A stretch of 64,000 bases of DNA, from assembly GCA_964445435.1 (NCBI GenBank), contig CAYUKU010000005.1, forward strand, positions 6,627 to 70,626. The letters are read 5' to 3'. Position numbers and translations under genes: made by a program. Source of the stretch: an uncultured Gammaproteobacteria bacterium. Its GTDB lineage: Bacteria > Patescibacteriota > Microgenomatia > UBA10105 > UBA927. A model generated the notes under the pieces. That model did not search any database. It was not told the DNA's origin and worked only from the letters and a program-made list of their open reading frames with translations. Positions 25,985 through 36,263 of the stretch are shown piece after piece (the first letter of the stretch is position 1; every line of letters begins with the position of its first letter).

Positions 25985-27100
25985 TTGTTGGCTGTTTTCC
26001 CTATGATACTTACTGCCATCGTTTTTTTCGTCATTTTAAGCATACTTATTTTTATCCACGAGCTGGGTCATTTTTCGGTTGCCCGGTGGATTGGCGTTCA
26101 TGTGGAAGAATTCGGATTCGGACTTCCGCCCAGGATATGGGGGAGGAAAGTCGGAAAGACCATATATTCTCTCAATTGGTTGCCTATAGGCGGATTCGTC
26201 AAATTAGCCGGAGAAGATGAGGACCAGCGGGATACCTCCAAACACAAAGGTGCAGTTTTGAAAGAGTATTTCTTCGCGCGTAGCAAAAAAGAACGGGCCT
26301 CGATTCTTCTGGCCGGCGTGACGATGAATTTTCTCCTTGCCGTTGCGATCACGGCGTTTTTACTGACCCAGGGAATTTTCGAGCCGGCTGGGCGTGTACA
26401 TGTTAAGCGGGTAATCGCCAACAGTCCTGCCGAGGCCGTTGGCATCAAGGCCTCCGACATCGTGAAAAGCATCAGTTTTACGACCCCGGATGGGACAGTT
26501 GAGACGCGGGCAATTGTGGTGCCCAAGGATCTTATCGATACGACGAAGGCGCACGCGGGGGAGACTGTGACGGTAACGATTCTTCGGGGAGATGCGTTAC
26601 AATCAGTAACGCTTGTTCCGCGCAAAGATCCGCCACCCGGAGAAGGAGCCATGGGAGTCTCCATCACCGATTTGGAGGAAAGGAAATATCCATGGATAAC
26701 TGCACCATTTCAGGCGTTTATGATGAACGTTGCGCGTGCCCGCGATATGCTCGTGGGCATCGCAACGACTCTGTGGCGTCTGGTTCGTCTCGAACCGGTC
26801 GGCGCAGATATCGCAGGCCCGATTGGGATCGCCCAGGTGACGGGTCAGGCAGTGCGGTTCGGGTGGCGGGCGGTTTTGGAATTTATGAGTATTCTTTCTC
26901 TCAACCTCGCGGTACTTAACGTGCTACCCATTCCGGCGCTCGACGGCGGTCGGCTTCTTTTCGTATTCCTTGAGAAGGTGTTAGGGAAGAGGGTTCGGCC
27001 CGCATTCGAGCATTCCGCGCACCAGGTGGGCATGATAGTGTTGCTGTTTCTGGTGTTTCTTGTTTCCATAAACGATATTTTGCGGCTTGCGCGAGGTTGA
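25985..27100 (+). CDS. rseP: RIP zinc metalloprotease (site-2 protease, RseP-like)
   Basis: HELGHF zincin motif, a PDZ-like middle region and a C-terminal LDGG. Confidence 0.85.
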   Translation: MLAVFPMILTAIVFFVILSILIFIHELGHFSVARWIGVHVEEFGFGLPPRIWGRKVGKTIYSLNWLPIGGFVKLAGEDEDQRDTSKHKGAVLKEYFFARSKKERASILLAGVTMNFLLAVAITAFLLTQGIFEPAGRVHVKRVIANSPAEAVGIKASDIVKSISFTTPDGTVETRAIVVPKDLIDTTKAHAGETVTVTILRGDALQSVTLVPRKDPPPGEGAMGVSITDLEERKYPWITAPFQAFMMNVARARDMLVGIATTLWRLVRLEPVGADIAGPIGIAQVTGQAVRFGWRAVLEFMSILSLNLAVLNVLPIPALDGGRLLFVFLEKVLGKRVRPAFEHSAHQVGMIVLLFLVFLVSINDILRLARG

Positions 27101-27125
27101 CAGCGGCACATCGGTGCCGTACTGT
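27097..27125 (+). promoter_or_regulatory. promoter TTGACA-17-TACTGT, leaderless start at 27132
   Basis: A perfect -35, 17-nt spacer, -10, then 6 nt to the ATG. Confidence 0.5.
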
Positions 27126-27131
27126 TTAACT

Positions 27132-27986
27132 ATGCTGTCACGATACGGTGAATGGTTAGATAACGCAGTGTGGGGTATACTCATCCTTCTTTTGGTTCCG
27201 GCAGGATTTGCCATCACCTCGTGGAACAGTTTGCCCGGATCGGGACTGTATGGCATCCGTCAGGTGATGGAGAAGGTATTGGTTGCCATTGCGCCCGGAA
27301 GTCAGGCGAAGGGGCAATTGTACGTCTCGTTTACGACCAGGGGAGCTCGGGATGCGGTTCAGGTCTTAAGCGATAACGGATCAACGGCGGGACTCACATA
27401 CCTCAACGCGCATGTTACCGCAGCGAAAGAAAATATCGAGAAAACTTCGGATGCGAAAGTCCGGGCCAAGCTTGCCCGGCAATACATCGCGACCCTGAGG
27501 GAAGCAAACTCGACACTTGAACAGCAGAAGCAGATTATGTCAGGCACAACCCCCCGCCGTGCCACCACTCCAAGGACGACTGCTGCGCCCACATCGCGTC
27601 CGAATAACGCAACATCAACGCCTGCGCCAAATTCCGGTAATCCGCCCCCACCTGATCCGGTTGATCAGATTGAGGATACGCAAAACCAAATTGAGGATAC
27701 GATTGAAGACCTGGAAGAAGAGGCCGCTCTGGATATTCCTCAAATGGAGGGCTTAACCGGGGATGTACCCCCTACGAGTACCAGTACTCCTATCCCGACA
27801 TTCACACCTACGCCCACTTCGCTCCAACAAATGAACAGTTTTGGCGCCGACCAGAATGAAGAGAATGATGACAATAGAGGTGGGAATAATAATCGCGGAA
27901 ACGATGACAACGATGGAAACAACAGTGGAGGCGAGGGGAACAGCGGCGGCGGCAATAGCGGTTCAGGACGGTCGGGAAACCACTAA
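27132..27986 (+). CDS. membrane-anchored secreted protein with Pro/Thr-rich and Gly/Asn-rich low-complexity C-terminus
   Basis: TM helix near the N-terminus, a PT-rich linker and a GN-rich tail. Confidence 0.45.
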   Translation: MLSRYGEWLDNAVWGILILLLVPAGFAITSWNSLPGSGLYGIRQVMEKVLVAIAPGSQAKGQLYVSFTTRGARDAVQVLSDNGSTAGLTYLNAHVTAAKENIEKTSDAKVRAKLARQYIATLREANSTLEQQKQIMSGTTPRRATTPRTTAAPTSRPNNATSTPAPNSGNPPPPDPVDQIEDTQNQIEDTIEDLEEEAALDIPQMEGLTGDVPPTSTSTPIPTFTPTPTSLQQMNSFGADQNEENDDNRGGNNNRGNDDNDGNNSGGEGNSGGGNSGSGRSGNH

Positions 27987-28030
27987 TGGGTTTTGTTGAA
28001 TCTTAGAGAGAACAGGTGTATACTGACAAG

Positions 28031-28175
28031 TGACATGTGTCCCGAGTACCGACCGGGACGATACAGTCCCGCTAAAAACGGGAACGGGTATGCCCGTAAC
28101 AGCTGCCAATGAGAAGTAAATAAGGTGGTACCACGAGTAACCGCTCGTCCTTATAGGGAAGGAGGCGGTTTTTTT
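28031..28175 (+). promoter_or_regulatory. T-box riboswitch leader (specifier CCG = Pro) with short Stem I, controlling csaA-proS
   Basis: Promoter TTGAAT-17-TATACT at 27996-28024. Stem I hairpin GTCCCG-aguaCCGAc-CGGGAC presents CCG followed by A. The T-box consensus AAGGTGGTACCACGAG includes the UGGN bulge. An antiterminator ACGAG/CTCGT + AAGG/CCTT alternates with a terminator hairpin ending in a U7 run just before the ATG. Confidence 0.55.
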
Positions 28176-28511
28176 ATGGCAACATATGATGATTTTTTGA
28201 AACTTGATATTCGGGTCGGGAAGATAATCACAGTTGACGATTTTCCAGAGGCGCGAAAGCCCGCCTACAAAATCACGATCGACTTCGGATCAGAGATTGG
28301 CACGAAGCGAAGTAGTGTCCAGATAGTCAAGCACTATAAGAAGGAGGATCTGCTTGGGAAAAAAGTCCTGGGTGTGGTCAATTTCCCTCCACGGCAAATC
28401 GGTCCTTTTCTATCAGAAGTACTTACGTTGGGTGTTCCCGATACTGATCATGAGTGTATACTGATAGTGCCGGACATGGACGATGCTGTTGTGGGCGGTA
28501 AATTATATTAA
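28176..28511 (+). CDS. csaA: tRNA-binding protein (CsaA / EMAP-like OB fold)
   Basis: LDIRVGKIITVDDFPEARKPAYKITIDFG. Confidence 0.8.
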   Translation: MATYDDFLKLDIRVGKIITVDDFPEARKPAYKITIDFGSEIGTKRSSVQIVKHYKKEDLLGKKVLGVVNFPPRQIGPFLSEVLTLGVPDTDHECILIVPDMDDAVVGGKLY

Positions 28512-28519
28512 GGAGCAGT

Positions 28520-29971
28520 ATGAAACAATCATTTGAAAAAAAGGAACTAAAAAAACGAAGCGAGAATCTTTCGGACTGGTATACGGACGTGATTCTCAAA
28601 GCGGAACTAGCTGACTACGCGCCGGTGAAAGGCACGATGGTTATCAGGCCTTATGGGTACGCAATCTGGGAACATGTCCAAGAGATTATGAACGGCTTCA
28701 TGAAGGCGGCCGGTATAGAAAACGCATATTTTCCGCTCTTTATTCCGCATTCGCTTCTTGAGAAGGAAAAGGAACATGTCGAAGGGTTTTCTCCTGAACT
28801 CGCCATCGTGACGATCGGTGGAGGGGAGAAGCTGAAAGACCCCCTGGTTGTGCGTCCCACAAGCGAGACGATCATGTACGAGATGTATAAGAAGTGGATC
28901 CAAAGCTGGCGTGATCTGCCGCTTCTTATTAACCAATGGAATAACGTTATCCGGTGGGAGAAGCGTACGTACCTTTTTATGCGCACGATGGAATTTCTGT
29001 GGCATGAGGGACACACGGCTCACGAAACGGAGAAAGACGCAGTCGACCTCATCATGAAGACCCTGAACTGGTACAAAACGATCTACGAAGAATATTACGC
29101 AATTCCCGTTATCATCGGGTATAAGAGTCAAGCGGAAAAATTTGCGGGTGCGAAGGATACCTACACGGTGGAAATGCTTATGCCGGACGGCAAGGCGCTC
29201 CAGGGCGCCACATCTCACAATCTGGGTCAGAATTTTTCCGTCCCCTTTGAGATTAAATTCCAAAACCGGGAGGGAAAAGAGGATTTCGTCTGGCAGACCT
29301 CCTGGGCGATTACCACGCGGTCGATAGGGGCGCTCGTACTGACGCACGGAGACGATTCTGGGCTTATCATTCCTCCGAAGATCGCACCTATTCAGGTGGT
29401 TATCATGCCCATAACCAGGAAAGATTCGGCCAAGACGAAAGAGCTTCTTGCCTACTGCGGGGAGATGAAAGAAGCACTGAATAACGGTGGTATCAGAAGC
29501 AGGTTTGACGAGCGTACCGAGCCAAGCGTCGGACGAAGGTTTAACGAATGGGAGCTCAAGGGGGTACCACTCCGGTTTGAAGTCGGGGAGAAAGAGCTTG
29601 CCAATCGCAGTGTGACCATAGCCCGCCGGGATACCGGAGAAAAAACAACGGTTGACCGTCAGGACATGCTTACGACGACCGAGAAGCTTCTCAAGGAAAT
29701 TCAGCAGTTCCGATTTGGGGTCGCGAAGCGTTTCTTGGAGACAAACACGCATGACGCATCCACCTACGAAGCATTTAAGAAGATTATGAGCTCGACCCGC
29801 GGTTTTATCCGTGCCCTCTGGTGTGAGGAAAGAAGTTGTGAGGCGGCGATAAAAGAAGAAACCAAGGCTACGACGAGGTGCCTGCCGCTTGACGAAAAAG
29901 AAGTAAACGGTGTATGCGTCCACTGCGGTAAGCCTGCAAAACATCGTTGGATCTTCGCCCAAGCATACTAA
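28520..29971 (+). CDS. proS: proline--tRNA ligase (archaeal/eukaryotic type)
   Basis: Class II aaRS motifs and a C-terminal Zn-binding CxxC...CxxC. Confidence 0.95.
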   Translation: MKQSFEKKELKKRSENLSDWYTDVILKAELADYAPVKGTMVIRPYGYAIWEHVQEIMNGFMKAAGIENAYFPLFIPHSLLEKEKEHVEGFSPELAIVTIGGGEKLKDPLVVRPTSETIMYEMYKKWIQSWRDLPLLINQWNNVIRWEKRTYLFMRTMEFLWHEGHTAHETEKDAVDLIMKTLNWYKTIYEEYYAIPVIIGYKSQAEKFAGAKDTYTVEMLMPDGKALQGATSHNLGQNFSVPFEIKFQNREGKEDFVWQTSWAITTRSIGALVLTHGDDSGLIIPPKIAPIQVVIMPITRKDSAKTKELLAYCGEMKEALNNGGIRSRFDERTEPSVGRRFNEWELKGVPLRFEVGEKELANRSVTIARRDTGEKTTVDRQDMLTTTEKLLKEIQQFRFGVAKRFLETNTHDASTYEAFKKIMSSTRGFIRALWCEERSCEAAIKEETKATTRCLPLDEKEVNGVCVHCGKPAKHRWIFAQAY

Positions 29972-29987
29972 TGGTATACTCAAAGGC

Positions 29988-30824
29988 ATGAAAACTATCG
30001 TAACCCATATCGGTCCTGACTGTGACGCGATTACGAGCGTGTGGCTCGTGAAAACGTTTCTTCCCGGTTGGGAAGAAGCGGGATACGCCTTTGTGCCAGC
30101 CGGCAAGACACTTGGCGATTTGCCGCCCGATGACAACCCGGAGATTCTCCATGTGGATACCGGCTTCGGTAAATTCGATCACCACCAGACGAATGCAGAC
30201 ACCTGCGCCGCTAAACTCGTTTACGAAGCGGTGAGAGCTGAGCATGGCCCTGATCCCGCGCTTGAGCGGATGGTAACACTCGTCAACGACATCGACCACT
30301 TCCGGGAGGTTTTCTATCCCAATCCTACCGCGGATTTCTGGCAATTTGGACTCGAAGCGCAAATTGATGGGTGGCGACTTTTGCACGCTGACAATCCCAT
30401 GAAAATTGTCGATCTGGGTATGGAAGCGCTCGACGGCATCTATAAATCGTTCCAGAATAAAATCTGGGCGGAGAAGGAATTGAAGGAAAAAGGTATCGAG
30501 TTTGAGACGAAATGGGGGAAGGGCATCGGTGTTGAGACCACGAATGACGACGTCGTCCACCTCGCCCAGAAGATGGGGTATGCAATTGCCATACGCAAGG
30601 ATCCCAAGAAGGGATATTTGCGCGTGAAGTCGCTCCCGAAGGACGAGATTGATCTGGAGCCTGTCTATGAGAGATTGAGGGGAGACGAACCGGGGGCCAC
30701 GTGGTTTTTGCACGCCAGCCACCATATGGTGTTAAACGGCAGCAGCAAGAATCCGGATATGAAACCGACCCAAAAAACGCTCACAGAAATTCTGGCTGTC
30801 ATAAAGGAGGTTACGCATGGATGA
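29988..30824 (+). CDS. DHH-family phosphoesterase (NrnA-like nanoRNase / pAp phosphatase)
   Basis: HIGPDCDAI (motif I) and GKFDHHQTN (DHH motif). Confidence 0.75.
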   Translation: MKTIVTHIGPDCDAITSVWLVKTFLPGWEEAGYAFVPAGKTLGDLPPDDNPEILHVDTGFGKFDHHQTNADTCAAKLVYEAVRAEHGPDPALERMVTLVNDIDHFREVFYPNPTADFWQFGLEAQIDGWRLLHADNPMKIVDLGMEALDGIYKSFQNKIWAEKELKEKGIEFETKWGKGIGVETTNDDVVHLAQKMGYAIAIRKDPKKGYLRVKSLPKDEIDLEPVYERLRGDEPGATWFLHASHHMVLNGSSKNPDMKPTQKTLTEILAVIKEVTHG

Positions 30825-31137
30825 CTGCATTTTTTGTGGGATTGCGCAGGGGAAGATTCCCGGAAATTTCGTCTATCAGGATGATGCGTTTATGGTCATT
30901 CGGGATATTCATCCGCAGGCTCCGGTGCACCTTTTGGTGATCCCCAAGAAACACGTTTCCGATTTTATGGAGGCCGACGAGAAAACGGTGTCTCAGCTTT
31001 TTTCAATTGCCCGGCAGATGATCAAAAGTCAGAACATTACTGATTATCGGTTGGTAAACAATGGACAGGGTGCTGCAATGATCGGACATATGCATCTTCA
31101 TATTCTCGGAAAGGTTGATAAGACGCGCTCGTTATAG
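30817..31137 (+). CDS. HIT-family hydrolase
   Basis: CIFCGI and the HxHxHxx histidine triad HMHLHILG. Confidence 0.85.
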   Translation: MDDCIFCGIAQGKIPGNFVYQDDAFMVIRDIHPQAPVHLLVIPKKHVSDFMEADEKTVSQLFSIARQMIKSQNITDYRLVNNGQGAAMIGHMHLHILGKVDKTRSL

Positions 31138-31209
31138 GCTCACTTTCAGTCTCTCATTTGCCCTTTTTCGTGATATAATACGACCAGAAAGCGAGGTGTT
31201 TTTCTTTCT

Positions 31210-31398
31210 ATGGTATTTGTGAAAGCCCAACCTGGTGACTCATCAGATTCTCTTATTCGCAAGTTTTCCCGCAAAGTTTTAGCGGAAGGAATTCTCCAGG
31301 ATCTCAAAAAGCGCGAGTTTTATCAGAAACCCGCCGAGGTCCGCAAGGAAAAGAAACGTGAACTTGCCCGTCGACTACGGCATCCGAACAGAGGATAA
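31210..31398 (+). CDS. rpsU: 30S ribosomal protein S21
   Basis: 62 aa with S21-like FYQKPAEVRKEKKRELARRLR. Confidence 0.85.
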   Translation: MVFVKAQPGDSSDSLIRKFSRKVLAEGILQDLKKREFYQKPAEVRKEKKRELARRLRHPNRG

Positions 31399-31408
31399 TA
31401 TTTATACC

Positions 31409-31858
31409 ATGACGCTCTCGGATTTGCAGACCGATCTCAACGCTTCTCTCAAAGCAGGGAAGGTGTCCCGTGTGGCTACGCTGCGCCTCCTTATATCTGC
31501 GGTGCGCAATGTGGCGATAGCCAAATACGGTGCTTCGTGGGAGACGTCACTTACTCCGGCAGACATAGAGGACGTCGTCAAAAAGCAGATTAAAACGCAT
31601 AAAGAATCAATCGACGCCTTCACTGCTGCAGGACGAGGAGAGTTGGCTGCCAAAGAACAGGAAGAGCTCAATGTGCTCTCTGAATTTGCGCCGAAAGAAA
31701 TGAGCGATGATGAACTTGAGGCAATTCTTCGTCCCATCGCCGCAAGCGGTGAGGCAAATTTCGGACTTATGATGAAGTCGGCCATGGCCGCCGTAGCCGG
31801 GAAAGCCGATGGCGCACGAGTTTCTTCTGCCCTTAAGCGACTGACATCTTCCAAATGA
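31409..31858 (+). CDS. GatB/YqeY-domain protein
   Basis: YqeY-like pattern with AIAKYG and EL(N)VL. Confidence 0.75.
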   Translation: MTLSDLQTDLNASLKAGKVSRVATLRLLISAVRNVAIAKYGASWETSLTPADIEDVVKKQIKTHKESIDAFTAAGRGELAAKEQEELNVLSEFAPKEMSDDELEAILRPIAASGEANFGLMMKSAMAAVAGKADGARVSSALKRLTSSK

Positions 31859-31875
31859 CGTGAAGTTGGTATATT

Positions 31876-32280
31876 GTGAATGGCATGATTACAGTCCTGT
31901 TTCAGACGGAATCGCATTTCCCGGTGAATCGGAAGAAAATTATCGAAGCGGTGAACGGGACGCTCGCCTCGCGCGTAAAGGGAGATACTGAGGTAAGCAT
32001 TACAATCGTCGGAAACCGGCGCATGCGCGCTCTCAACCGCCGGTACCGTCAGATAGATGCAACCACGGACGTCTTATCTTTTCCGCAAAACGATCCTTCC
32101 CAGCCGGGCCACGCGTTTGTTGAAGCGCCTGACGGGATATTGCGTATGGGAGACATCATCGTATCGTACCCGCAGGCAGTGGAAGAGGCGGCAGCAGAAA
32201 ACAAGTTAGTCGATGACCAGATTACCTTTCTGGTTCTTCATGGGCTTGACCATCTGATGGGGATCCATCACCCGGAATAA
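31876..32280 (+). CDS. ybeY: rRNA maturation endoribonuclease YbeY
   Basis: HGLDHLMGIHH metal-binding motif. Confidence 0.85.
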   Translation: MNGMITVLFQTESHFPVNRKKIIEAVNGTLASRVKGDTEVSITIVGNRRMRALNRRYRQIDATTDVLSFPQNDPSQPGHAFVEAPDGILRMGDIIVSYPQAVEEAAAENKLVDDQITFLVLHGLDHLMGIHHPE

Positions 32281-32283
32281 CCT

Positions 32284-33657
32284 ATGTCATTTTACCGAAG
32301 ATACCGCCCGATGGTGATTGACGAGATAGACAATGTCTCGGTGAGGAATGCGCTTCTCTCGCTTCTTACGAAGCCGAGGAAGGATCTGCCGCATGCATAT
32401 TTTTTTAGCGGCCCCCGGGGTGCCGGGAAAACAACGGCTGCCCGTGTGGTCGCCAAACTCTTTAACTGTGAAAAACCGGGGAAAAAGGGGGCATGCGGTG
32501 TTTGTGACCAGTGTGTTGCTATCGCAGACGGCCGGAATCTAGACGTCCTTGAGCTTGATGCCGCAAGCAATCGTGGTATTGACGAAATTCGGGCATTGAG
32601 AGACGGCATAGCTCTGGCTCCCGTCGCGGGCAAATACAAAATCTATATCATTGACGAAGTGCACATGTTGACGACGGAAGCGTTCAACGCGCTTCTTAAG
32701 ACCCTCGAAGAACCTCCCGCTCACGCGGTGTTTATTCTCGCTACCACGGATCCTCAGAAAGTTCCCGGTACGATTGTGTCCCGGTGCGTTCCGTTTATTT
32801 TTGCGAAGGCGAGCCCCAAGGAACTGCGAAGCGCCCTGTCCCGTATCGTCGAGGTGGAAAAGTTGACCATCAGTGACGATGCGCTTGAACGGATCGCCGA
32901 AGCGGCTGACGGATCGTTTCGCGACGCGGTCAAATATCTTGAGCAGGTGTCCTTTCATTCAGGCGCGATTGACCTTGTTGCCGTTGAGCGGATTTTGTCC
33001 TTGACGGCTGCCGGTTCGGCAGGTGAGTTTCTTGCAGCGGTATTTGCCCGCGATGCCAAGAAGGCACTATCGCATATCCAGACGATGGAATCCGCTGGTG
33101 TCGACATCAAATCTTTCATAACGCAGTGCTTGCGGGTCATGGAGCAGGCCCTTGTTGCCATGGCCAAAGGTGTTAAATCACCGCTTGACGTGGATGCGGA
33201 TTTTCTCAGGCGCGTGATCCGTACGTTTGCCCTTGCGCACGCGGAGATGAAGACTACGGCAATCGCCCAGTTGCCGCTTGAGCTTGCTGTCATTGAGCTG
33301 TGTGAAGAAGATAGGCCGCACGAGGCCGTACCGCCGAAAGAAGTGCCGCAGACTCCCGCAACCAGCACGGTTAAAAAAGAGCCGAAGCCCGACGTTACGA
33401 CACTCACCGTTGAGAAGCTTGCTGACCACTGGCCGGACCTCATTGCCGCGCTTAAGCCATATAACCATTCGGTAGCGGGCGTCATGCGCTCTACTAGACC
33501 GAAAGCCGTTGAAGGTGGTATAGTGGTGATCGAAGCATATTATACCTTCCACAAAGATAAGCTGTCCGAATCCAAAACCCGTGATATATTATGCGAGGTT
33601 TTGAAGAAACTCTTTGGCGAGAAAGTAAAAGTAGAAGTCGTATTGGGAAAAAAGTAA
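32284..33657 (+). CDS. dnaX: DNA polymerase III subunit gamma/tau
   Basis: AAA+ motifs GPRGAGKTT, the Zn module CGVCDQC and SRC. Confidence 0.9.
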   Translation: MSFYRRYRPMVIDEIDNVSVRNALLSLLTKPRKDLPHAYFFSGPRGAGKTTAARVVAKLFNCEKPGKKGACGVCDQCVAIADGRNLDVLELDAASNRGIDEIRALRDGIALAPVAGKYKIYIIDEVHMLTTEAFNALLKTLEEPPAHAVFILATTDPQKVPGTIVSRCVPFIFAKASPKELRSALSRIVEVEKLTISDDALERIAEAADGSFRDAVKYLEQVSFHSGAIDLVAVERILSLTAAGSAGEFLAAVFARDAKKALSHIQTMESAGVDIKSFITQCLRVMEQALVAMAKGVKSPLDVDADFLRRVIRTFALAHAEMKTTAIAQLPLELAVIELCEEDRPHEAVPPKEVPQTPATSTVKKEPKPDVTTLTVEKLADHWPDLIAALKPYNHSVAGVMRSTRPKAVEGGIVVIEAYYTFHKDKLSESKTRDILCEVLKKLFGEKVKVEVVLGKK

Positions 33658-33669
33658 AAGGAGGCTCAT

Positions 33670-33936
33670 ATGATGAATCCATTTAAGATGCTCGGTGACA
33701 TAAACGCCATGCGTAAACAAGCCATGGCAATCCAGCAGGCACTCGAGAAGGAAGAGTTTGAAGTAGTGCAGGGCAATGTCCGCATCCTTATAAGCGGCAA
33801 CCAGAACGTGAAGATCGTCGAGATCGACGGTGTAGCCGACGAAAACATACGCCGCGCGATTAACGACGCCATTAAACGCTCCCAGCAGGCGGCTGCAGGC
33901 AAGCTTGCCGAATTATCCAAGTCCATGGGTCAGTAA
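33670..33936 (+). CDS. ybaB: nucleoid-associated protein YbaB/EbfC
   Basis: 88-aa YbaB pattern. Confidence 0.85.
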   Translation: MMNPFKMLGDINAMRKQAMAIQQALEKEEFEVVQGNVRILISGNQNVKIVEIDGVADENIRRAINDAIKRSQQAAAGKLAELSKSMGQ

Positions 33937-33942
33937 GCCTCT

Positions 33943-34884
33943 ATGGGTGTTGTCGTCACCGGTACGCTTGGATTTGACTATATCATGAATTTCTCCGGGC
34001 GGTTTGCCGACCGGATCATGCCGGACAAGATTCACCAGCTTTCTTTGAGTTTCCTTGTCGATACCCTTCACAAACAGTTTGGTGGCACCGCAGGAAACAT
34101 CGCCTACACGCTCAAGCTGTTGGGGGTTGAACCGGAGCTTCTGGCGCCGGCGGGATATGATTTTGCGCCCTATGAGGATTTTTTGCGCAAGCACAAGATT
34201 CGCATTTCGGGCATTCCGGTCCATGGCGATGTCGCCACAAGCGCCTATTTCGTGATGACGGATCAGGAGGATAATCAGATCGGATCCTTCTATGTGGGCG
34301 CGACGAAATACGCGAAAGATCTGAAGATCGCCTCAGTGAAACCCAAAGCAACCTTTGCCATCCTCGCGCCGACGGACCCATTGGCTATGAAGCGCTACAT
34401 AACAGAGTGTAAGAAATTACGCATCCCATACCTTTACGATCCCGCATTTCAGATCGGTAATTTCTCGGCTGATGAATTGAAAGACGGCATTGTCCATGCG
34501 CGGATTCTCATCGGGAACGATTATGAGATTGCGCTTATCGAACGCAAACTTGCGATTTCCCATGAAGAGCTTGTCCTTATGGTACCGATACTGGTTACCA
34601 CGTTGGGAAGCCGCGGTTCAGTTATCGAGACACGGTACGATGCGATTCATGTGAAGGCGGCCAAACCCGCAAATACGAGCGATCCGACCGGGGCCGGAGA
34701 CGCGTATCGCGCGGGATTTGTGGCAGGATATCTTAAGGATTTTGACCTTGCCGTATGCGGACAGATGGGGGCCACCGCGGCTGTCTATACAGTGGAGAAA
34801 TACGGAACCCAGACGCACGAGTTCACGAAAAAGGAATTCATCAAACGATACCAGGCGAATTTTGCCGGTTCTCTCAAATTGTGA
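33943..34884 (+). CDS. PfkB-family kinase (adenosine/ribokinase-like)
   Basis: DPTGAGDAYRAGF signature 2. Confidence 0.75.
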   Translation: MGVVVTGTLGFDYIMNFSGRFADRIMPDKIHQLSLSFLVDTLHKQFGGTAGNIAYTLKLLGVEPELLAPAGYDFAPYEDFLRKHKIRISGIPVHGDVATSAYFVMTDQEDNQIGSFYVGATKYAKDLKIASVKPKATFAILAPTDPLAMKRYITECKKLRIPYLYDPAFQIGNFSADELKDGIVHARILIGNDYEIALIERKLAISHEELVLMVPILVTTLGSRGSVIETRYDAIHVKAAKPANTSDPTGAGDAYRAGFVAGYLKDFDLAVCGQMGATAAVYTVEKYGTQTHEFTKKEFIKRYQANFAGSLKL

Positions 34885-34894
34885 TATATACTAA

Positions 34895-36211
<1,317 letters not shown>

Positions 36212-36263
36212 ATAATTTACCCTTTGACAACCGAAGCGCCGGTCCGTATACTCTCCCGCTAGG

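Noticed and set aside
28607-30136. 509-aa minus-strand ORF spanning proS and the DHH gene
   Set aside because: Antisense to two strongly supported genes with unrelated frames; no motif.
32955-33552. Antisense ORFs within dnaX
   Set aside because: Shadow ORFs opposite a conserved AAA+ gene.
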